64,000 bases of DNA from Rhodoluna sp. (GTDB taxonomy: Bacteria > Actinomycetota > Actinomycetes > Actinomycetales > Microbacteriaceae). A model generated the notes under the pieces. It was given only the letters and a program-made list of their open reading frames with translations, ran no database searches and was not told where the DNA came from. This document shows positions 57,681-64,000 of the stretch, piece by piece; position 1 is the first letter of the stretch, and the number at the start of each line of letters is the position of its first letter. Where the stretch lies: positions 6,697-70,696 of the forward strand of contig JAURJV010000058.1 of assembly GCA_030832065.1 (NCBI GenBank), read 5' to 3'. The position numbers were made by a program, and so were the translations under genes.

Positions 57681-59396
57681 GTGAGGTTTGTTATTGCGAC
57701 CGTGCTCCTAGTCGTATCGGCTGTTTCCGTGGCTATGGGGTTCATCCTGAAGGGCCCATTTGAGGCCAGCAACTACCATGAGGTCAGCTTCAAGGTTGAT
57801 TCACCTTACTCATACGTGGTCATTCCGCACGAAACCCTGAAGACCTACCAGGGTGAGATTTCGGTCCAGGCTGAAGGCACCAAACAGATCTTCTATGCCG
57901 ATGCCAGGGATCGTGACATCCAAGACTGGATCGGAACGTCCAACTTTGTCAGGCTGAATCTAAACCCGAGTACTAAAGAACCGGACATCACCCAGATCAC
58001 TGCTGGCGGCGATAACGCTAACCCAGAGGGCAGCGACATGTGGCGAACAGCCATCAAGGTCAAAAATTCCCTTCTGACTCAGGTGAACATGTTTGATGAC
58101 ACCGCTGTGTTACTTGCCAGTGACGGTTTAGCTCATGCACCTGGGGATATCACTCTCAAGTGGCAGGTGGCTAACATCATCAACTGGCCATTCATCCTAA
58201 TCTTTGGTGGTTTAGGGCTTTTGCTGGTCGCTCTGATTGTCAACTACCTGGCCTTCCGCCATGTCAGAAAACTCCGCGGACCTAAACGGCGCATACCGAA
58301 AGCTCCTAAGGGACCTAAGTACCGTAAGCGCATTCGCCCGGACGTTCCGGTGCGTGGCAGGAGAAGCCTGCGAAGAAATATGGCTTTAGCGCCGGCCTCG
58401 CTCCTTACCTGGACTTTGCTAACTGGTTGCACCAGCCCAAGCACTGCTGATGAGCAAGCTCAGACTGCCTATGAAAAGGTAAATGTAGTTCTCACCGACG
58501 CTCAACTTCAGAGAGTTGTTCGTGAAGTCTCCGCAACAGTTAAGCAGGCCGACAGTAATCGTAACGAATCGCTTTTGATCACCCGGGTTGCTGGCCCTGC
58601 TCTTGAAACCAGGAAAGTTCAATATCTGCTGCAGGTAAAGAGTAAGAAGATTCCTAAGCTGCCGGATATTGTTGCCAACCCAATAACAGTTGCCTTGCCA
58701 ATGAGTCTGCCGGATGAGAGTCTTGGCTGGCAGCCTAGAACTCTCATGGTGGTTACCAAATCAGATTCCACCACTCGTGCCCCACAGATGCTTGTGTTGC
58801 AGCAGGAAAGCCCAAGAGAGAACTACCGACTCTGGTACCTAATTGATCTGCTGCCAACTGCTAACTTCCCCAAGGTGGCCGCGCAAGAGGTAGGGTCAAT
58901 TCCGATAGCTGCCGACAACGCCTATTTGAGCACCAAACTAACTAGCATCCCGTTCAAATATGGAAATACTTTGAACAATGGTGTTGAAGGTAAATACGCA
59001 AATGACTTTGATCTGAGTTCAGATAAGTTCTACGCTGCGGTTTCGGAATACCAAACACAACAGAAGGAAGACCTCAAGAAGGTTAAAGTGGCAATCAAGT
59101 TCGTACATACCCTTGGTAATCCGAACATCATCGGCATGTCAACCGTGGACGGTGGTGGACTGGTGGCTTTGGCCATGAACGATACCTCAGTAATTAAGCC
59201 GCTGGTGCGCGGTTCCGCCGTTTCAGTAACCCAAACCGACCACAAGATTTTGCTTGGTGCGCCTGGCTCATCAACCGGACTAAATATTGTTTATGAAAAC
59301 ATGATGCTCTTCTATGTTCCAGTTGCTGGCTCTAACGAGAAGATTCGCTTGGTCGGTGCATCCCAGGGCATCCTTAGTGTGAAGGCACTCAATTGA
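57681..59396 (+). CDS. Membrane/exported protein with an internal lipobox
   Basis: N-terminal TM, extracellular domain, second TM, very basic linker, then RRSLRRNMALAPASLLTWTLLTGC and a large soluble domain. Confidence 0.75.
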   Translation: MRFVIATVLLVVSAVSVAMGFILKGPFEASNYHEVSFKVDSPYSYVVIPHETLKTYQGEISVQAEGTKQIFYADARDRDIQDWIGTSNFVRLNLNPSTKEPDITQITAGGDNANPEGSDMWRTAIKVKNSLLTQVNMFDDTAVLLASDGLAHAPGDITLKWQVANIINWPFILIFGGLGLLLVALIVNYLAFRHVRKLRGPKRRIPKAPKGPKYRKRIRPDVPVRGRRSLRRNMALAPASLLTWTLLTGCTSPSTADEQAQTAYEKVNVVLTDAQLQRVVREVSATVKQADSNRNESLLITRVAGPALETRKVQYLLQVKSKKIPKLPDIVANPITVALPMSLPDESLGWQPRTLMVVTKSDSTTRAPQMLVLQQESPRENYRLWYLIDLLPTANFPKVAAQEVGSIPIAADNAYLSTKLTSIPFKYGNTLNNGVEGKYANDFDLSSDKFYAAVSEYQTQQKEDLKKVKVAIKFVHTLGNPNIIGMSTVDGGGLVALAMNDTSVIKPLVRGSAVSVTQTDHKILLGAPGSSTGLNIVYENMMLFYVPVAGSNEKIRLVGASQGILSVKALN

Positions 59397-60295
59397 GCGA
59401 CATGAGTTCATCCTTCAGGGGAGCAGCTGACCTGTCTGGCCTAGCCAACAAGGTGATGAAAGAAAAACTTGACCCAGCTGCCAGCCAAGGTTTGCAAGTA
59501 CCAGCTCTAGTAATTGACCTAGACGAAGCAATGGTCCGCTCGGTAGTTCAGATTTCGGCAACTGTTCCTGTGATTCTATGCTTCTACGACAACAGCAACC
59601 AGACCAGCCTGAATTTAACTAGCAAACTAGAAAAGCTGGTGCTCGAAGCAAACGGCAGTTGGTTCCTTGCCAAGGTTGACCTGGTAGCACAACCTAAATT
59701 AGCTACCGCCTTCGGAGTTGAATTAGCCGGAACAGTTGCCATGATTCTTTCCGGGCAACCACAACCGCTATTCCAAGGCGATCAGAGTGAAGCCGATCTA
59801 AAGACGTTCCTGGATCGTTTGATTCAGTTAGCCGCAGAGCAGGGCATCAACGGGAAGCTAGTCGTAAAAGGTGAAGTGACCGAGCCGCAGATTCAATTGA
59901 GTCCTGCTGAGCAGGAGGCGCTCGATGCCATGGACCGCGGCGAATACGACCAAGCTGTATCCATTTATGAAAGAGAACTGGTCAACAACCCTAACAACGA
60001 AGTCTTGATTGAACGTTTAGCCCAAATTAAATTAGTTGCCAGAACCATCAAAATGGACATTGAAGCGGAGCTAGCAGTAGAACCGACCAATACTGATCAG
60101 GCTATTCGCAAGGCTGACGCTTACCTCGCTATCGGTGATAGTGAATCGGCTTTCGGAACTCTCCTTAACTTTTTTGATAAGACCACCGAAACAAAGCCGT
60201 TGGTGGATCATCTGCTGGAACTTTTTAAAGTTGCCGGCAAGTCTCACCCAGCTGTAATCGCAGCTCGAAAGCTACTAGCTGTAAAGATGTTCTAA
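59393..60295 (+). CDS. Thioredoxin-like/TPR co-chaperone (CnoX/YbbN-like)
   Basis: RGAADLS N-terminus, thioredoxin-like segment (VPVILCF...LAKVD...PLFQG), TPR-like C-terminus; no CxxC. Confidence 0.8.
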   Translation: MSDMSSSFRGAADLSGLANKVMKEKLDPAASQGLQVPALVIDLDEAMVRSVVQISATVPVILCFYDNSNQTSLNLTSKLEKLVLEANGSWFLAKVDLVAQPKLATAFGVELAGTVAMILSGQPQPLFQGDQSEADLKTFLDRLIQLAAEQGINGKLVVKGEVTEPQIQLSPAEQEALDAMDRGEYDQAVSIYERELVNNPNNEVLIERLAQIKLVARTIKMDIEAELAVEPTNTDQAIRKADAYLAIGDSESAFGTLLNFFDKTTETKPLVDHLLELFKVAGKSHPAVIAARKLLAVKMF

Positions 60296-60297
60296 AG

Positions 60298-61479
60298 ATG
60301 GTTGTTTATCTGGACTACGCTGCCACCACACCGATACGTGACGAGGTGCTCGATTGCTACGTCCACTACATGCGTGAATTAGGTAACCCTAGCAGTGTCC
60401 ACAGTTCTGGTCAGGCTGTTCGACAGGCCCTTGAGGAAGCTAGAGAGTCCTTAGCTAAAAGTATTGATTGCAACCGCAACGAAATTATCTTCACCGCCGG
60501 TGGAACCGAAAGCAACAACATGGCGGTTAAGGGCCTCTACTGGCAGCGCAATCAAGAAGACTCTGCACGAAAAGTTATCATCTCAGCCGGGACAGAACAC
60601 CACGCAGTTATCGACCCAATCGAATGGCTGGAAAAGCATGATGGGGCAGAGGTTCTTTGGCTAAAGGTAGATAGCGATGGGGTAGTCGATCTTGATCAGC
60701 TAGAGAACTTCCTGCACAATCGGCACGCTGAAGTGGCTCTAATTAGTTTGATGTGGGCGAACAATGAAACCGGTGTAATTACCGATATTAAGCGAGTAAC
60801 AGAATTGGCTTCTAGATACTCCATTCCGGTTCACTCTGATGCGGTCGCAACTTTTGGTCATCTACCAATTTCTTTCAAAGATTCAGGCTTAGCTTCGCTT
60901 AGCATCTCTGCCCACAAAGTTGGTGGACCGGTAGGAGTGGGAGCCCTGGTAGTTGCCAGAGCTACAAAAATGGTCTCCTTGATTCACGGTGGTGGTCAGG
61001 AGAGGGGGCTTCGCTCTGGGACTATGAACGCCCCGGCGGCTAAAGCTTTTGCTCTTGCAGCAGAAATTGCCGTCAGTGAACTCAATCGTGAAATGCAAAG
61101 AGTTGAAGAGCTGAGAAACTACCTTGTTGAGCAGGTTCTGCTTCTCACCGATGTCGCTCAGCACACCGCGAGCAATTCCCAGCGATTGCCTAACAACGCT
61201 CACTTTATTTTCCGTGGCTGCTCGGGAGATTCACTACTCTTCCTACTTGATCAGCAGGGCATCTCGGTTTCTACCGGTTCAGCCTGTCAGGCTGGAGTAA
61301 ATGGCCCCTCGCATGTTCTAATTGCTATGGGTAGTTCAGAAGCTGATGCTAATGGTTGTCTGCGCATGACTCTGGGAAACAACAGCACTAAAGAAGATGT
61401 TGATGCGCTGCTGGCAGCCCTACCAAGTGCTTTGGTGGCAGCACTCAAAGCGGGATTACCATCTAAGGAGCCGAAGTGA
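60298..61479 (+). CDS. iscS: Cysteine desulfurase (IscS/NifS type)
   Basis: [31 protein letters not shown]; coupled to mnmA. Confidence 0.93.
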   Translation: MVVYLDYAATTPIRDEVLDCYVHYMRELGNPSSVHSSGQAVRQALEEARESLAKSIDCNRNEIIFTAGGTESNNMAVKGLYWQRNQEDSARKVIISAGTEHHAVIDPIEWLEKHDGAEVLWLKVDSDGVVDLDQLENFLHNRHAEVALISLMWANNETGVITDIKRVTELASRYSIPVHSDAVATFGHLPISFKDSGLASLSISAHKVGGPVGVGALVVARATKMVSLIHGGGQERGLRSGTMNAPAAKAFALAAEIAVSELNREMQRVEELRNYLVEQVLLLTDVAQHTASNSQRLPNNAHFIFRGCSGDSLLFLLDQQGISVSTGSACQAGVNGPSHVLIAMGSSEADANGCLRMTLGNNSTKEDVDALLAALPSALVAALKAGLPSKEPK

Positions 61480-62600
61480 AAGTTCTAGCAGCCATGAGTG
61501 GTGGCGTTGACAGCGCTGTTGCTGCAGCTCGCGCTGTCGAAGCTGGTCACGAGGTTGTCGGGGTCCATCTTGCTCTTTCACGCATGCCTGGCACACTGCG
61601 AACAGGTTCCAGAGGTTGCTGCACCATTGAGGACAGTATGGATGCCCAGCGTGCTGCCAACCTAATTGGGATACCTTTCTATGTCTGGGACTTCAGTGAG
61701 AGATTCAAGCTTGATGTCGTTGATGATTTCATCAGCGAATATCAATCAGGTAGAACCCCAAATCCGTGCATGCGTTGTAATGAAAGAATTAAGTTCGCTG
61801 CCCTTTTAGAAAAAGGATTAGCTCTCGGTTTTGATGCTGTTTGCACTGGGCACTATGCCAGCATTATTCCTGATGCCGAAGGCAACCTGGAACTGCATCG
61901 ATCCGAGGCGCTGGCTAAGGATCAGAGTTACGTGCTCGGAGTGCTAACCGAAGAGCAGCTAAAGCACTCAATGTTTCCCCTGGGACACACCGCAAGTAAG
62001 GATTTGGTTAGAGCAGAAGCCGCCAGCCGAGGCTTATCAGTTGCTGCCAAACCGGATTCTTATGACATCTGCTTTATTCCTGAAGGTGACACCCAAGACT
62101 GGTTGGCCGAAAGACTAGGAAGCACTGCTGGAGAAATTGTCGATACCGAGGGTAATGTTTTGGGTAAACACCAAGGAGCTCACGGATTCACGGTAGGACA
62201 GCGCAAGGGACTGCAGTTGGGTAAACCTGCTCAAGACGGTCGCCCCAGATACGTTTTGAATGTTGATGTTTCCACTAATCGAGTAGTCGTCGGCCCCCAA
62301 TCCGCTCTGGCGGTTAAAGAGGTTTCTGGAAGCAAGTTCTCGTGGTGCGGTAAGCCTAAGGACAACGCATCTGAGTTCTTTTCAGCCCACGTCCAAGTCA
62401 GAGCTCACGGGGAGCAGGTGCCATGTCAGGTTTCTGTCACCGACAAAATGGTCATCAAGCTCGAAGAGCCGATCCTGGGTGTGGCACCAGGTCAAACCGC
62501 TGTCATATACCTAGGCACCAGAGTGCTAGCCCAGACCACTATCGATGCAACCGTGTCAGCTGACGGGGTTTTTTCAACAGCTTCGGCGAGCATCAGCTAA
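61476..62600 (+). CDS. mnmA: tRNA 2-thiouridylase MnmA
   Basis: [34 protein letters not shown]. Confidence 0.97.
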   Translation: MKVLAAMSGGVDSAVAAARAVEAGHEVVGVHLALSRMPGTLRTGSRGCCTIEDSMDAQRAANLIGIPFYVWDFSERFKLDVVDDFISEYQSGRTPNPCMRCNERIKFAALLEKGLALGFDAVCTGHYASIIPDAEGNLELHRSEALAKDQSYVLGVLTEEQLKHSMFPLGHTASKDLVRAEAASRGLSVAAKPDSYDICFIPEGDTQDWLAERLGSTAGEIVDTEGNVLGKHQGAHGFTVGQRKGLQLGKPAQDGRPRYVLNVDVSTNRVVVGPQSALAVKEVSGSKFSWCGKPKDNASEFFSAHVQVRAHGEQVPCQVSVTDKMVIKLEEPILGVAPGQTAVIYLGTRVLAQTTIDATVSADGVFSTASASIS

Positions 62601-62620
62601 AGCCTAAAAGCGCAATTTAG

Positions 62621-64000
<1,380 letters not shown>

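Overview
This window is almost entirely core chromosome of a mid-GC actinobacterium. Gene content, gene order and compact spacing point to Microbacteriaceae, probably the streamlined freshwater Rhodoluna/Aquiluna group (inference). The backbone runs prfB-ftsEX-smpB-ssrA, an Opp/Dpp ABC transporter, typA, mshB-like-fdxA-dapC-gltA, rsmD/recG-coaD-yceD-rpmF-rnc-mutM-smc-ftsY-ffh, rpsP-khpA-rimM-trmD-rplS-lepB-rnhB, dprA-xerC, rpsB-tsf-pyrH-frr-cdsA, DivIVA-like genes, then iscS-mnmA-ligA (truncated). The accessory hotspot lies right after tmRNA (4.2-12.5 kb). It holds an integrase-less ECF sigma/anti-sigma islet bounded by a 55-bp duplication of the tmRNA 3' end, a heliorhodopsin with apparently co-varying substitutions at normally conserved positions, an orphan HicB-like regulator with twin operators facing a DoxX gene, and a cobalamin-riboswitch ECF transporter operon whose two surface proteins look like a split transcobalamin. 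Other points of note are a membrane protein with an internal lipoprotein signal, pseudoknot-capable leaders on rpsP and rplS, a solo IdeR-boxed efeU, and repeated leaderless promoter architecture. No CRISPR array, IS element, prophage, rRNA or tRNA gene was seen. All family assignments come from motif recognition, not database searches.
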